Shown piece by piece: positions 19,739-30,043 of a stretch of DNA of 64,000 nucleotides. How positions within the stretch are numbered: the stretch's first letter is position 1; each line of letters opens with the position of its first letter. This DNA comes from Escherichia phage vB_EcoD-Elw, in the sequence record OR621298; one strand, given 5' to 3'. Below the pieces are notes generated by a model. That model did not search any database, had not been told where the DNA came from, and saw only the letters and a program-made list of their open reading frames with translations. A program made the position numbers and the translations under genes.

Positions 19739-21087
19739 AAGTTGTTATATCTAATAAAGCCTATTTCAAGCCCGATGATGAACTTTGGGATTATTGTAGT
19801 AAGCAAACCACTTATCACATAGAGACAATGACTAGTAAATACCCTATTATGTACAAGAATAGTGGTGTTGTTGCCAAAGAGATTAAGTGGATTCCTATTA
19901 CGCGTCTGGACTTACTAGATGCTAAAGGAGTAAAATACGAATTAGTAGATAAACGCACATTAGCTCCGGTAGCTATACCAGAACCTAAGTTCAAGCTGCG
20001 TGAAGAAGATCAGCTTCCAATATATGAAGAATGTGACGATACCTGTATTATTAATGGTAAACCTGGATTTGGTAAAACTATCCTAGCCCTTGCACTTGCG
20101 TATAAATTTGGCCAGAAAACTTTGGTAATCTGTACAAATACATCTATTCGTGAGATGTGGGCAGCAGAAGTTCGTAAATGGTTTGGGTTTGAACCAGGCA
20201 TAATAGGTTCTGGGAAATATAACATTGATCCACCAATTGTGGTCAGTAATATTCAAACAGTGAATAAACATGCGAATAATCTTTCTAAAGTATTCGGTAC
20301 TGTTATAGTTGATGAAGTTCACCATTGTGTAGCTACAACTTTCACTAACTTCCTAGAAATATCCTGTGCTCGCTATAAAATTGGACTATCCGGCACATTA
20401 AAACGGAAAGACGGTCTACAAGTTATGTTCAAAGATTTCTTTGGATATAAGATATTTAGTCCGCCGGTTAATAATACTGTTGCACCTACAATCCATAGGT
20501 ACTCCGTACCTGTTGAGTTATCAGGAAACCAAAACGTACCATGGGCATTACGTGCTAACGATGTGTATAATCATCCTGAATATCGAGAAACTATTATAAA
20601 CCTAGCACATTTATATGTGAATATGGGGCATAAAGTACTCATTGTAAGTGATAGAACAGAGTTAATCCAAACAGTACTAGAAGCTCTTGCACAGCGTGGT
20701 GTTACAACATATGAAATTATAGGGGCAACCCACTTGGATGACCGATTAAAAATTCAAGAAGATATAGCAAAAGGTGGTCCTTGTGTACTTGCAGCAGCTC
20801 AAAGTATCTTCTCTGAAGGTATTTCCCTTAATGAGCTATCTTGTTTAATAATGGGAAGCCTCATTAATAATGAATCTCTCATTGAACAGCTTGCAGGCCG
20901 TGTTCAACGTATTGTCGATGGTAAACTCGACCCTATTGTTGTAGATCTAATTATGAAAGGTGGTACTGGGCTAAGACAGGCTTCTGGGCGTATGGCAGTA
21001 TATCGTAATAACGGGTGGAAAACTATTACCATGACTCCTGAGAAAGCAGTTCAATTAGCTAAAATTGCATTTGGCAATAGCTCATAA
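19735..21087 (+). CDS. D10: SF2 DNA helicase (D10-like)
   Basis: 450 aa; Walker A GKPGFGKT and DExH-like VDEVHH; sits right after the polymerase as in T5. Confidence 0.7.
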   Translation: MKVVISNKAYFKPDDELWDYCSKQTTYHIETMTSKYPIMYKNSGVVAKEIKWIPITRLDLLDAKGVKYELVDKRTLAPVAIPEPKFKLREEDQLPIYEECDDTCIINGKPGFGKTILALALAYKFGQKTLVICTNTSIREMWAAEVRKWFGFEPGIIGSGKYNIDPPIVVSNIQTVNKHANNLSKVFGTVIVDEVHHCVATTFTNFLEISCARYKIGLSGTLKRKDGLQVMFKDFFGYKIFSPPVNNTVAPTIHRYSVPVELSGNQNVPWALRANDVYNHPEYRETIINLAHLYVNMGHKVLIVSDRTELIQTVLEALAQRGVTTYEIIGATHLDDRLKIQEDIAKGGPCVLAAAQSIFSEGISLNELSCLIMGSLINNESLIEQLAGRVQRIVDGKLDPIVVDLIMKGGTGLRQASGRMAVYRNNGWKTITMTPEKAVQLAKIAFGNSS

Positions 21088-21099
21088 ATGATGTATAAT
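21071..21099 (+). promoter_or_regulatory. early sigma70 promoter with conserved leader, no adjacent ORF
   Basis: TTGGCA 21071-21076 and TATAAT 21094-21099, 17-bp spacer; leader tatatacataaatttgagagag. Confidence 0.6.
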
Positions 21100-21170
21100 A
21101 TATACATAAATTTGAGAGAGAAAGTTTCGGATTGATAAGAAAGTCCGAAGCAGAAAAATAAAAATTTTAG

Positions 21171-21200
21171 TTGCTAAATTCTCTCGAAATCTAGTATAAT
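21171..21200 (+). promoter_or_regulatory. early sigma70 promoter with conserved leader
   Basis: TTGCTA 21171-21176 and TATAAT 21195-21200, 18-bp spacer; leader tatatacataaattcgaggag. Confidence 0.6.
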
Positions 21201-21307
21201 ATATACATAAATTCGAGGAGAAAACAAAAATTAAATTCTTCGATTATGAAAAGCTATACTTACTAGCTAGAGGAAATTCCGACCTAATTATTAAGCTATT
21301 CAAAAGA

Positions 21308-21592
21308 ATGCTTACAGAGCCTGATGCTCATCAATTATTGGTCGGTTCCTCATTCATTTTGAATGAATCAACAATAGTTGATAATCCAAATAAATTGTCT
21401 AATAGACAACTGGCAGAATATCTAGGAATTTTAAGTCTACGAAATTATGCCGAATACAAGTTTACAAACGATCCTAGTTTGGACATACAATATGTTCCAG
21501 TATGGATACCACGTTTAGTAATCGACACTAACCCACTAATCGCAATTAACAAATCGAAATTAATCTTTAAAGAGGAAATAAAATATGGCTAA
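21308..21592 (+). CDS. hypothetical protein
   Basis: 94-aa ORF with a weak RBS. Confidence 0.35.
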   Translation: MLTEPDAHQLLVGSSFILNESTIVDNPNKLSNRQLAEYLGILSLRNYAEYKFTNDPSLDIQYVPVWIPRLVIDTNPLIAINKSKLIFKEEIKYG

Positions 21593-22355
21593 GTCTTGGG
21601 GCGAAACTACTGGCGGTTCTAACGATAAAATCGAATTCCTGAAGTTCAACAACGGTATCACTCGTGTTCGTATCGTTTCTGGTGTTCTTCCACGTTATGT
21701 CTATTGGCTGACTAATAAAGAGGGTAGCGTAGCTCCTTTCGAATGTCTTCGTTTCAACCGTGACAAAGAGAGCTTTGTTCGTGGTAAAGCCGATCCGGTT
21801 CATGAGATGGGCTTCTTTGAGAAAGAGCTGGATAAAGACGGTAATCGTGTTCCGCTGAAACCGAAGAAAAACTATATCGCTTTTGTTATTGACCGTTCTG
21901 ATAACAAGCTGAAAGTAATGGAAGTCAAGGCTACTATTCTGAAAGGCATCCAGTCTATCATGAAGCAGTTGAACCTGGCAACTCCGTTTGATATTGATAT
22001 TTCTATCGAGAAAAAAGGTAAAGGTTTCGATACTGAGTATGATGTACAGCAGATTGCTGCTATGCAGTTCCAGATTAAGCTGCAAGATCCTAACAGTGCG
22101 GAATCTAAGCAATATGCTGCGGATGTAGATCTGATCGGTGAAGCTATGTGTGATGAAGATGGTGACATCATTAAGTTCGAAAAAGTTCCTTCTCTGGAAC
22201 AAACCTATCCGGTTCCTACCTATGAAGAGCAGAAAGAAGCAATTCAAGCCTTCATGGAAGGTCGTGAGAATAAAGATGATGCCAAATCTGGTAACAGCAA
22301 TGCTGGTTCCCAGAAAGGTATTGACCAAGAAGCTGCAAGCGATCTGGACGACTAA
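21585..22355 (+). CDS. putative ssDNA-binding protein (acidic C-terminal tail)
   Basis: 256 aa; acidic tail ending ...EAASDLDD; host-optimal codons. Confidence 0.4.
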   Translation: MAKSWGETTGGSNDKIEFLKFNNGITRVRIVSGVLPRYVYWLTNKEGSVAPFECLRFNRDKESFVRGKADPVHEMGFFEKELDKDGNRVPLKPKKNYIAFVIDRSDNKLKVMEVKATILKGIQSIMKQLNLATPFDIDISIEKKGKGFDTEYDVQQIAAMQFQIKLQDPNSAESKQYAADVDLIGEAMCDEDGDIIKFEKVPSLEQTYPVPTYEEQKEAIQAFMEGRENKDDAKSGNSNAGSQKGIDQEAASDLDD

Positions 22356-22362
22356 TAAATAG

Positions 22363-22386
22363 AGGGGCTTCGGCCCCTTTCTTTTT
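22363..22386 (+). terminator. rho-independent terminator
   Basis: aggggc-ttcg-gcccct hairpin followed by ttcttttt. Confidence 0.7.
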
Positions 22387-22391
22387 AACCA

Positions 22392-23369
22392 ATGAGAATA
22401 TTATTTAGTGCTGATCATCATATCAAACTAGGACAAGATAAAGTTCCAAAGGAATGGCAGAAGCGTCGCTTCCTGATGCTAGGAGAACGGTTAAATGATA
22501 TATTCCATAATCATAACTGTGATCTTCATATTGCTGGTGGTGATATACTTGATGTTGCCGACCCGTCGTCAGAAGAAATAGAACTGCTTGAACAGTTCAT
22601 GTCAAGACTTGACCATCCAGGCAAAATCTTTACTGGAAATCATGAAATGTTAACTAAAACCATTTCATGTCTATATCATTATGCGGGGGTTATTAATAAA
22701 GTAACGAGTGGTAAGTGGGAAGTAATTACCAAACCATATCGTTCCCCTGAATTTGATATTGTTCCATATGATGAGATCCATAAATCCAAATGGAAACCAT
22801 CTGAATCAAAACTATGTTTCACACATGTTCGTGGTGAAATCCCTCCACATGTAAAACCAGAAATTGATCTAACTAAGTACAACTGTTATGATACTGTAAT
22901 TGCTGGCGATTTACATTCTTATACTAATAGCCAGACTATCGGATCTACTAGACTTCTCTACCCAGGATCCCCATTAACTACATCGTTCCATAGAGAACGC
23001 ACAAAAGGTACAAATGGTTGCTTTATCATTGATACCGACACATTAAAAGTAGAATGGATTGAACTAGGTGATTTACCACAACTGATTCGTAAAACAATCG
23101 GAGCTGGTGAAGAGATGGAACCTAGTGATTATGATCGTGTAGTCTATGAAGTTACTGGTGACGTTGTTCAATTAAAGTCTATCAAAGACTCTGATTTATT
23201 AGATAAGAAGATTAATCATCGAGTCACTAAAGACGCTAAGTTAAATCTTGTTGATCTTGATATGTTAGGTGAACTTGAACTTTACTTCCGTGAAGTCGAG
23301 AAGCTATCTCAAGGCGACATTGATAGAATCTTGGCTAGAGCTGCGAAATATGTCAAAGATTACAATTAA
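22392..23369 (+). CDS. SbcD/Mre11-like metallophosphoesterase nuclease (D12-like)
   Basis: N-terminal RILFSADHH, then GDILD and GNHE motifs. Confidence 0.7.
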   Translation: MRILFSADHHIKLGQDKVPKEWQKRRFLMLGERLNDIFHNHNCDLHIAGGDILDVADPSSEEIELLEQFMSRLDHPGKIFTGNHEMLTKTISCLYHYAGVINKVTSGKWEVITKPYRSPEFDIVPYDEIHKSKWKPSESKLCFTHVRGEIPPHVKPEIDLTKYNCYDTVIAGDLHSYTNSQTIGSTRLLYPGSPLTTSFHRERTKGTNGCFIIDTDTLKVEWIELGDLPQLIRKTIGAGEEMEPSDYDRVVYEVTGDVVQLKSIKDSDLLDKKINHRVTKDAKLNLVDLDMLGELELYFREVEKLSQGDIDRILARAAKYVKDYN

Positions 23370-25188
23370 GACACTAAAATTTAGTAACGTTATGTCTTAT
23401 GGTAAGGACATCGTAATTCATTTCGATAAGAATCCAGTTACTCAACTAATTGGTGGCAATGGACTAGGGAAATCCACCATCGCTACGGTTATTGAAGAAC
23501 TATTTTATAATAAGAACTCACGCGGCATTAAGAAGGATGCTCTGTTCTCTTGGTCTTCTCCGAAGAAAGAGTATGATATGCACGCTTACTTCTCGAAAGA
23601 TGAAGATGAGTACGAACTGCATAAAGTAGTTAAGTCAACTGCTAAAGTAACCCTTATTAAGAATGGAGAAGATATTAGTGGACACACGGCAACCCAAACA
23701 TACAAGATGATTGAAGAAATTATGGGTGGTGACTTCCAAACATTCACCAAACTGATTTATCAATCGGTGGGTTCCAATCTAGATTTTCTAAAAGCAACGG
23801 ATGCAACACGTAAGGCTTTTCTGGTTAACTTGTTCAATCAAGAACAGTATAAAGAAATGTCAGAAACTATTAAGGCTGACCGTAAAGAAATAGCAAATAC
23901 CTTAAATAATTTGCAGGGCCAGATGGCTGTAATTACGAAAATCCTTAATGGGAAAAATAATCTAGGTACTTTGCAGGAACCTGTAGAAGTACCGGAGTTT
24001 GATGAAGAGCCATTAGCACAAGAACTTACTGAATCGAAAATTAAGGCGGCATTAGCCAAGTCTCAAGAGGCTAATATTACTAAATTGCGTAATTTGGACA
24101 AAGCTGTACAAGTTGCTGAACAATCTTTCGAGCCTTTCAAAAATTTACCCGCGCCCACTGACCAAAATGAAGAGATCTCAAGTGTTACGCGTGACCTAAC
24201 GATTGTGACCTCACGTGCGGGCGAAGTTAAGAAACGTTATCAGAAGTTCAAGCAAGAGGCTTCAAATACTGAATGTCCTACCTGTGGTACTCATCTGGAT
24301 ACAACTGCTGCGCAAAAAGCAATGGATATGGCTAGAATAGAATATGACCCTCTGTTCAAAGAGAAGCAATCTCTTGAAGCTAAGCTAGAACAGTTGAAGA
24401 AAGAACAACTTGAGTACGTTGCATATACTAGAGCAAAGGATGCTTTGGATAAGGCAGTAGCAGCTAGAGACGAATTCAAAAATTCAATGAGTGATACTTC
24501 TTTTGAAGAACTCAATGTGCAAAACCTACAGGTGCAAATCCGACAATTAGAACAGGAAATAGCTGATGGCCGTTCTAAGGTTGCAATTGCCAAAGAGCAT
24601 AATGCAAATGTTGAATTAGCCAATGCAAAATATAAAGCGAAACTAGAACAGATTGAGAAAGCTGAGGCAGAAATGTCTGAGATTACTTCTAAACTGGATG
24701 AGGTATCAGAAGCTGTTGCTGATCTCGATATTCTGATCGCTGCATTAAAGAATCTAGTAGGATATAAACTAGAGCATAGTGTGAAAGTATTTGAAGAGCT
24801 TATCAATAAATATCTTTCCATTATGACTGGCGGTAAGTTCGCACTTGGATTTGAACTTGATGAAACAAAATTACAAGTAGTAATTTTCAATGATGGAAAC
24901 CGTACCAGTATGGAGAACTGCTCTACTGGTCAGCAAAGTCGAATCAACCTAGCAACCCTGTTAGCTATTCGAATGCTACTAACATCTATTAGTAAAGTTA
25001 ATATTAATCTTCTATTCCTTGATGAAGTAATTAGCTTTATTGATACTAAAGGACTTGACACTCTTGTTGAACTATTAAATGAGGAAGAAAGTCTAAACTC
25101 TATCATTGTTTCTCATGGGCATACGCATCCTTTAGCTCATAAGATTACTGTCAAAAAAGATGCAGAAGGATTTTCCTACTTAGAATAA
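23350..25188 (+). CDS. SbcC/Rad50-like ATPase (D13-like)
   Basis: Walker A GGNGLGKST, long coiled-coil with central CPTCG hook, C-terminal LLFLDE; start placed at ATG 23350. Confidence 0.7.
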   Translation: MSKITIKTLKFSNVMSYGKDIVIHFDKNPVTQLIGGNGLGKSTIATVIEELFYNKNSRGIKKDALFSWSSPKKEYDMHAYFSKDEDEYELHKVVKSTAKVTLIKNGEDISGHTATQTYKMIEEIMGGDFQTFTKLIYQSVGSNLDFLKATDATRKAFLVNLFNQEQYKEMSETIKADRKEIANTLNNLQGQMAVITKILNGKNNLGTLQEPVEVPEFDEEPLAQELTESKIKAALAKSQEANITKLRNLDKAVQVAEQSFEPFKNLPAPTDQNEEISSVTRDLTIVTSRAGEVKKRYQKFKQEASNTECPTCGTHLDTTAAQKAMDMARIEYDPLFKEKQSLEAKLEQLKKEQLEYVAYTRAKDALDKAVAARDEFKNSMSDTSFEELNVQNLQVQIRQLEQEIADGRSKVAIAKEHNANVELANAKYKAKLEQIEKAEAEMSEITSKLDEVSEAVADLDILIAALKNLVGYKLEHSVKVFEELINKYLSIMTGGKFALGFELDETKLQVVIFNDGNRTSMENCSTGQQSRINLATLLAIRMLLTSISKVNINLLFLDEVISFIDTKGLDTLVELLNEEESLNSIIVSHGHTHPLAHKITVKKDAEGFSYLE

Positions 25189-25191
25189 AAC

Positions 25192-25674
25192 ATGGCTGTA
25201 GATAGTAGAGAGAAGGGTAAACGTGGAGAATATCAAGTAAGAGATATTTTACGCGAACGTACAGGTCTTGAGTGGGAACGTGTTCCAGGCTCTGGTGCTT
25301 TTGGCCAGAGCCATGGACTGAAGGGCGACATCTACCTTCCACCACAAAGCGGACACATTAGTAAATACTGCTTCGAGGTTAAGTGGTATAAAGATGATAA
25401 TATATCAAGTAATTTATTTAATGTTGGTGAATCCACTCTAGAGAAGTGGTGGCAGCAGTGCTCACGTGAAGGTGAGCAGATGAACTCCAAGCCTGCATTA
25501 ATATTCAAAAAAGACAGAGGACAGTGGTTAATAGCTTTGGATAGCTCAGACCCGATGGTTGACAACTTAATGAGTCGTACCCATATGGTGTTAAATAAGA
25601 AAGACATGGAAATCGTAATTGGTTTATTTGAGCCGTGGCTACATCATGCATCTGTTGAGGACTTAATTAAATAA
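25192..25674 (+). CDS. putative Holliday-junction resolvase-like PD-(D/E)xK nuclease (D14 position)
   Basis: 160 aa; GKRGEY...SG...GDIY...FEVK pattern resembling Hjc/RecU-type resolvases. Confidence 0.4.
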   Translation: MAVDSREKGKRGEYQVRDILRERTGLEWERVPGSGAFGQSHGLKGDIYLPPQSGHISKYCFEVKWYKDDNISSNLFNVGESTLEKWWQQCSREGEQMNSKPALIFKKDRGQWLIALDSSDPMVDNLMSRTHMVLNKKDMEIVIGLFEPWLHHASVEDLIK

Positions 25675-26549
25675 TGAGTAAATCCTGGGGAAAATTTATT
25701 GAAGAAGAGGAAGCTGAAATGGCTTCCCGTCGTAACCTAATGATTGTCGATGGAACTAACTTAGGCTTTCGCTTCAAACATAATAATAGTAAAAAACCAT
25801 TTGCCTCAAGTTATGTTTCCACTATTCAATCTCTTGCAAAATCTTATTCTGCTAGAACTACAATAGTTTTAGGAGATAAGGGGAAGTCTGTATTCCGCTT
25901 AGAACATCTCCCCGAGTATAAAGGGAACCGAGATGAGAAATACTCGCAGCGTACGGAAGAGGAGAAAGCGCTAGATGAGCAGTTCTTCGAGTATTTGAGA
26001 GATGCTTTCGAATTATGTGAAACTACATTCCCAACTTTCACCATTCGTGGTGTAGAAGCAGATGATATGGCGGCTTATATTGTTAAACTCATTGGGCATC
26101 TATATGATCATGTTTGGTTAATCTCTACAGACGGTGACTGGGATACTTTACTAACAGATAAAGTTTCTCGCTTCTCTTTCACAACACGTCGTGAATATCA
26201 TCTTCGTGATATGTATGAGCATCATAATGTTGACGATGTAGAGCAGTTCATCTCTCTAAAGGCAATTATGGGTGATTTAGGGGATAATATCCGAGGTGTT
26301 GAAGGTATTGGGGCAAAACGCGGATATAATATTATTCGTGAATTTGGTAACGTTCTGGATATTATTGATCAGCTTCCACTGCCTGGAAAACAGAAATATA
26401 TACAGAATTTAAATGCTTCGGAAGAATTGCTTTATCGAAACCTAATTCTGGTTGATTTACCTACCTACTGTGTGGATGCTATTGCTGCTGTAGGTCAAGA
26501 CGTATTAGATAAGTTTACAAAAGATATTTTGGAGATTGCAGAACAATGA
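25674..26549 (+). CDS. D15: flap endonuclease / 5'-3' exonuclease (D15-like)
   Basis: 291 aa; FEN-family acidic motifs (IVDGTNL, EADD, STDGD); position after SbcCD as in T5. Confidence 0.75.
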   Translation: MSKSWGKFIEEEEAEMASRRNLMIVDGTNLGFRFKHNNSKKPFASSYVSTIQSLAKSYSARTTIVLGDKGKSVFRLEHLPEYKGNRDEKYSQRTEEEKALDEQFFEYLRDAFELCETTFPTFTIRGVEADDMAAYIVKLIGHLYDHVWLISTDGDWDTLLTDKVSRFSFTTRREYHLRDMYEHHNVDDVEQFISLKAIMGDLGDNIRGVEGIGAKRGYNIIREFGNVLDIIDQLPLPGKQKYIQNLNASEELLYRNLILVDLPTYCVDAIAAVGQDVLDKFTKDILEIAEQ

Positions 26550-26992
26550 TTAAAATTAAATTAACTCATCCAGATTGTATGCCTAAGATCGGTTCCGAAG
26601 ATGCCGCAGGTATGGATCTGCGAGCATTCTTTGGTACTAACCCTGCTGCAGATTTACGTGCTATTGCACCAGGCAAATCCTTAATGATTGACACCGGTGT
26701 CGCGGTGGAAATTCCGCGAGGCTGGTTCGGTTTGGTAGTTCCACGTAGTTCTTTAGGTAAACGCCATCTGATGATTGCAAATACCGCAGGGGTGATCGAC
26801 TCAGACTATCGTGGGACTATTAAGATGAACCTGTTCAACTACGGTTCTGAAATTCAAACTCTGGAGAATTTTGAAAGACTTTGTCAGCTAGTAGTAGTAC
26901 CACACTACTCAACTCATAATTTTGAAATCGTTGACGAATTAGGGGAGACTGATCGTGGGGAAGGCGGATTTGGAAGTTCGGGAAGCAAATAA
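26546..26992 (+). CDS. dut: dUTPase
   Basis: 148 aa; dUTPase motifs AAGMDL, RSSLG, GVIDSDYRG and C-terminal GGFGSSG. Confidence 0.85.
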   Translation: MIKIKLTHPDCMPKIGSEDAAGMDLRAFFGTNPAADLRAIAPGKSLMIDTGVAVEIPRGWFGLVVPRSSLGKRHLMIANTAGVIDSDYRGTIKMNLFNYGSEIQTLENFERLCQLVVVPHYSTHNFEIVDELGETDRGEGGFGSSGSK

Positions 26993-27218
26993 TTTTACTG
27001 ATCCTAATATGATCGGTGTTGATACTAGTATGTCAACTTATCAGATTAAAACTGCTGAACCAGAAACGTTGGTGCTAAAAACAGATAAAGAAGGTAATGT
27101 TACTTTCTGGGACCCTGAAGGTTTTGTAGAGCTTTGTACTAATACGGATAATGAGCAGTTAAAATTACTACTAACTATTTATAATCTTGGTGTTATAGAA
27201 GGTTGTAGAAGCAAGTAA
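26955..27218 (+). CDS. hypothetical small protein
   Basis: 87-aa ORF from a GTG with AGGGGA RBS, overlapping the dUTPase 3' end. Confidence 0.35.
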   Translation: MGKADLEVREANNFTDPNMIGVDTSMSTYQIKTAEPETLVLKTDKEGNVTFWDPEGFVELCTNTDNEQLKLLLTIYNLGVIEGCRSK

Positions 27219-27226
27219 TAGAAAAA

Positions 27227-27258
27227 CCCCGGTGGACAAAATCCACCGGGGTTTCTTT
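27227..27258. terminator. bidirectional rho-independent terminator between early and late modules
   Basis: ccccggtgga-caaaat-tccaccgggg stem with A-tract upstream and T-tract downstream, between convergent genes. Confidence 0.8.
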
Positions 27259-27274
27259 GTACTATGTATATGTA

Positions 27275-30043
27275 CTATGAGTTATCTGGCTTAATAAGCT
27301 CGCTAACAAGTTTCTTCAGTTCGGTTAATTCTTGCTCAAGTTTGTTAACTTTATCAGCTTGATAACGAAATGCGCAAGCTAGATCTGCCATAATGACGTT
27401 GTTATCAAGCGCTAATGTGTCATCCGCTTTGTCAACAACAATTTGACGATCTACATACTCTTCACCCTCATCGTTAACACCTATAACATCTGCAAAGATG
27501 TCCCCGCCAGGAATTAATTTTACATATTCCGGATCTATTTTTAGCAGGTCTTGGGCTATTAAGCCGAACCGCTGAATGTCGCTGCCGTTGTATTTAAACA
27601 TTGTTGGCAGCCACTGCATAACTCGGTCATAGCTTTCTTTTCCGTCCGTATAGATGATATCATGTTTTAAGTCTCTGTCAGAGGAAGCAGCCTTTTGAAA
27701 AACGTAGTTACCAGTGGAGGACCATGTTGTTATATCATTTGACGCTGGTTGAAACTGGAAGTTGCAGAAAAACTCACCATCGCCACGAAGCCTTAACGAG
27801 CAAAAAGGCCAATTATTATTACCTTGTGCAATAAGACCCCATGTTGCGCGAAGTGGATATCCACCAGTGGATTGTGTACCCCATGAAAGGCCAGGTGCCC
27901 ATCCACCATCATTGTTAGGAATAATCTCGCCCCAAACAAGAGCATTACCCCAATAGTTAGGATCATCCCATCCCATTTGTTTGGTTTTGCCAGTGTATTG
28001 AGCAGAATGCGTTCTGCCGTCAGGGTAAAACTTGTGCATATAGGACTGTATCCCTGCTTGATACAACTCTATTCCAAAAGATTCAACGTGTGTGTCGCCT
28101 CTTCTGATTAAACCAGCGATAGCGTAATCGTCATACCAGTTGTAACGACTTACACCAGTCCATGTGTTTATTGGTGGATTCATGATTGAAAATAGTTGTG
28201 ACGCATTGCGTTCATTCCCATCTGCATAAATACCAGCCCCAGGAGCTAAGGAAATACTTTTCGCTCCTGAAAAAGTACCATTTTCATTAAACTGATAATA
28301 CTGTGATGCCCCATTATGAAATACGCCTATTGTATGCTTTCCTACGCCTACTTGAGTCTCAAAATAAGACTGAGAAGAACCAATATCTTCGCCTTGTGTA
28401 TTCTTTAATTTTGAATGATATATACCTGCATTTGCAGTAGTTGCATTTTCCGTTTCGTTTTCAACATTAAGACTTAGGAACTTTGGTGCATGTTTCTCAC
28501 CAAGCCCTATATTATTTCTGATACCATTCGCATCCTTAGCACCTGTACCACCAAATTGAATACCTAGTGGTATCCATTGATTGGTTGTAGCATCATAAAC
28601 GCCCCAATGATCCCCCTCATCTGGAATGGTTAGATACTTGTTTTTATTTGGAGAATATAAAACTGTTTCCCCAGAATTCTGAAACAGCCTATCAACTCCT
28701 AAATTATATCTAGCACCTTCAGGAGTATCTGCTCCTGTACCACCAGCCGCAGTTGATAATGGAAGAGTTTCCCATGATATTCCGTCACCTTTTGTATCTC
28801 TCTGAAGTACAATAAGACCATCATCTCTAATAACAAATCTATATAATCTATTATGTGAGTATAGAAAAGTATGAACCCCATCTTGTACAAGTGAGTCTAT
28901 AAGGAGTGTCTGACGAGAAGCATTGATATTTGACAGATCTGAGAGATTATTTTCTTTTAGTAACGATTTACTAATGATACCTTCAGCTTTTCCAGCAGCC
29001 ACTTCTGCGCGTCCGGCATCTGTAAATGCACTTTGTGCGCTACCAGCAGCATTGCCAGCTTGTTGTCCTGCTTCGATAGCGCTATTACTTGCTTGTGCAG
29101 CTGAAGCAGCAGCAGCATCTTTTAGCACTGTAGTTTCTGTTACTGCGCTATCTTTAATACTCTGTGTATCTATTTTTAATTGCTCAACATCAGATTTTAA
29201 AGCCGTTGTTTCACTTATAGTGCTGTCTTTAATTAGTTGAGTATCTGTTTTTAATTGCTCAACATCTGATTTTAAGCCTTGAATAGTAGTTACTGATTGG
29301 CTAGCTGAGGCTGCGGAATGGGCTGCATTAGTCTCACTAGTTTTTGCATTAGTCTCACTAGTTTTAGCATTTGTTTCACTAGTTTTAGCATTTGTTTCCG
29401 AGGTTTTTGCAGCAGATGCTGATGCGCCGGCTTGTGCAGAGAATATCTCCGCCTCATCTCTATAACCTTTAGAATCCGAAGCAGAAGCAGCAGCATTAGT
29501 TTCACTAGATTTTGCCTTATCTTCACTAGCTTTTGCTGCAATAGCAGAAGCAGCAGCATTAGTTTCACTAGATTTTGCCTTATCTTCACTAGCTTTTGCA
29601 TTAGTCTCACTAGTTTTTGCATTAGTCTCACTAGTTTTAGCATTTGTTTCACTAGCCTTTGCCTTATCTTCACTAGTTTTTGCGTTAGTTTCTGATACTT
29701 TAGCTGCTGCGGCTGATTCTGCAGATCTATCAGCTGATGCAGCAGATTGAGTAGCAGATGTAGCGGACTGAGCGGCAGAGGCTTCAGAAGCTCCAGCAGA
29801 AATAGCAGCTTCCTGTTCAGAGTTCTTAGCGTTAAGCTCCGAGGTTTTAGCCGCTATCTCAGAATCTTTTGCAGCAGCAGCAGACTTAGCTGCTGCCTCA
29901 ATAGAAGATACTAATTCACTTGCAGTAATAGAGCTAATAGAATTACCTAGAGTTACTGTATATCTAGGAAACTTACTAGCAGTAGCTTTAGTATCATCAA
30001 TATTTAATATTTGTTGTACAATAATTTTAGTAGTTACTGCCAT
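27275..30043 (-). CDS. ltf: L-shaped tail fibre with C-terminal intramolecular chaperone domain
   Basis: 922 aa; N-terminal Ala/Ser-rich TSETNAK repeats; C-terminal chaperone-like segment DRDLKHDIIYTDGKESYDRVMQWLP...GLIAQDL. Confidence 0.7.
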   Translation of the reverse strand: MAVTTKIIVQQILNIDDTKATASKFPRYTVTLGNSISSITASELVSSIEAAAKSAAAAKDSEIAAKTSELNAKNSEQEAAISAGASEASAAQSATSATQSAASADRSAESAAAAKVSETNAKTSEDKAKASETNAKTSETNAKTSETNAKASEDKAKSSETNAAASAIAAKASEDKAKSSETNAAASASDSKGYRDEAEIFSAQAGASASAAKTSETNAKTSETNAKTSETNAKTSETNAAHSAASASQSVTTIQGLKSDVEQLKTDTQLIKDSTISETTALKSDVEQLKIDTQSIKDSAVTETTVLKDAAAASAAQASNSAIEAGQQAGNAAGSAQSAFTDAGRAEVAAGKAEGIISKSLLKENNLSDLSNINASRQTLLIDSLVQDGVHTFLYSHNRLYRFVIRDDGLIVLQRDTKGDGISWETLPLSTAAGGTGADTPEGARYNLGVDRLFQNSGETVLYSPNKNKYLTIPDEGDHWGVYDATTNQWIPLGIQFGGTGAKDANGIRNNIGLGEKHAPKFLSLNVENETENATTANAGIYHSKLKNTQGEDIGSSQSYFETQVGVGKHTIGVFHNGASQYYQFNENGTFSGAKSISLAPGAGIYADGNERNASQLFSIMNPPINTWTGVSRYNWYDDYAIAGLIRRGDTHVESFGIELYQAGIQSYMHKFYPDGRTHSAQYTGKTKQMGWDDPNYWGNALVWGEIIPNNDGGWAPGLSWGTQSTGGYPLRATWGLIAQGNNNWPFCSLRLRGDGEFFCNFQFQPASNDITTWSSTGNYVFQKAASSDRDLKHDIIYTDGKESYDRVMQWLPTMFKYNGSDIQRFGLIAQDLLKIDPEYVKLIPGGDIFADVIGVNDEGEEYVDRQIVVDKADDTLALDNNVIMADLACAFRYQADKVNKLEQELTELKKLVSELIKPDNS
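29290..29700. repeat. tandem in-frame repeats inside the tail-fibre gene
   Basis: Repeated ~24-nt units (tttgcattagtctcactagtttt variants) encoding (K/A)(T/S)SETNAK. Confidence 0.8.

Noticed and set aside
29290-29695. ORFs 29290-29673 (-), 29432-29695 (+) and 28923-29240 (+) inside the tail-fibre gene
   Set aside because: They lie in alternative frames of the repeat region, have low-complexity Leu/Lys or Ser/Phe-rich translations and no RBS; artefacts of the tandem repeats.
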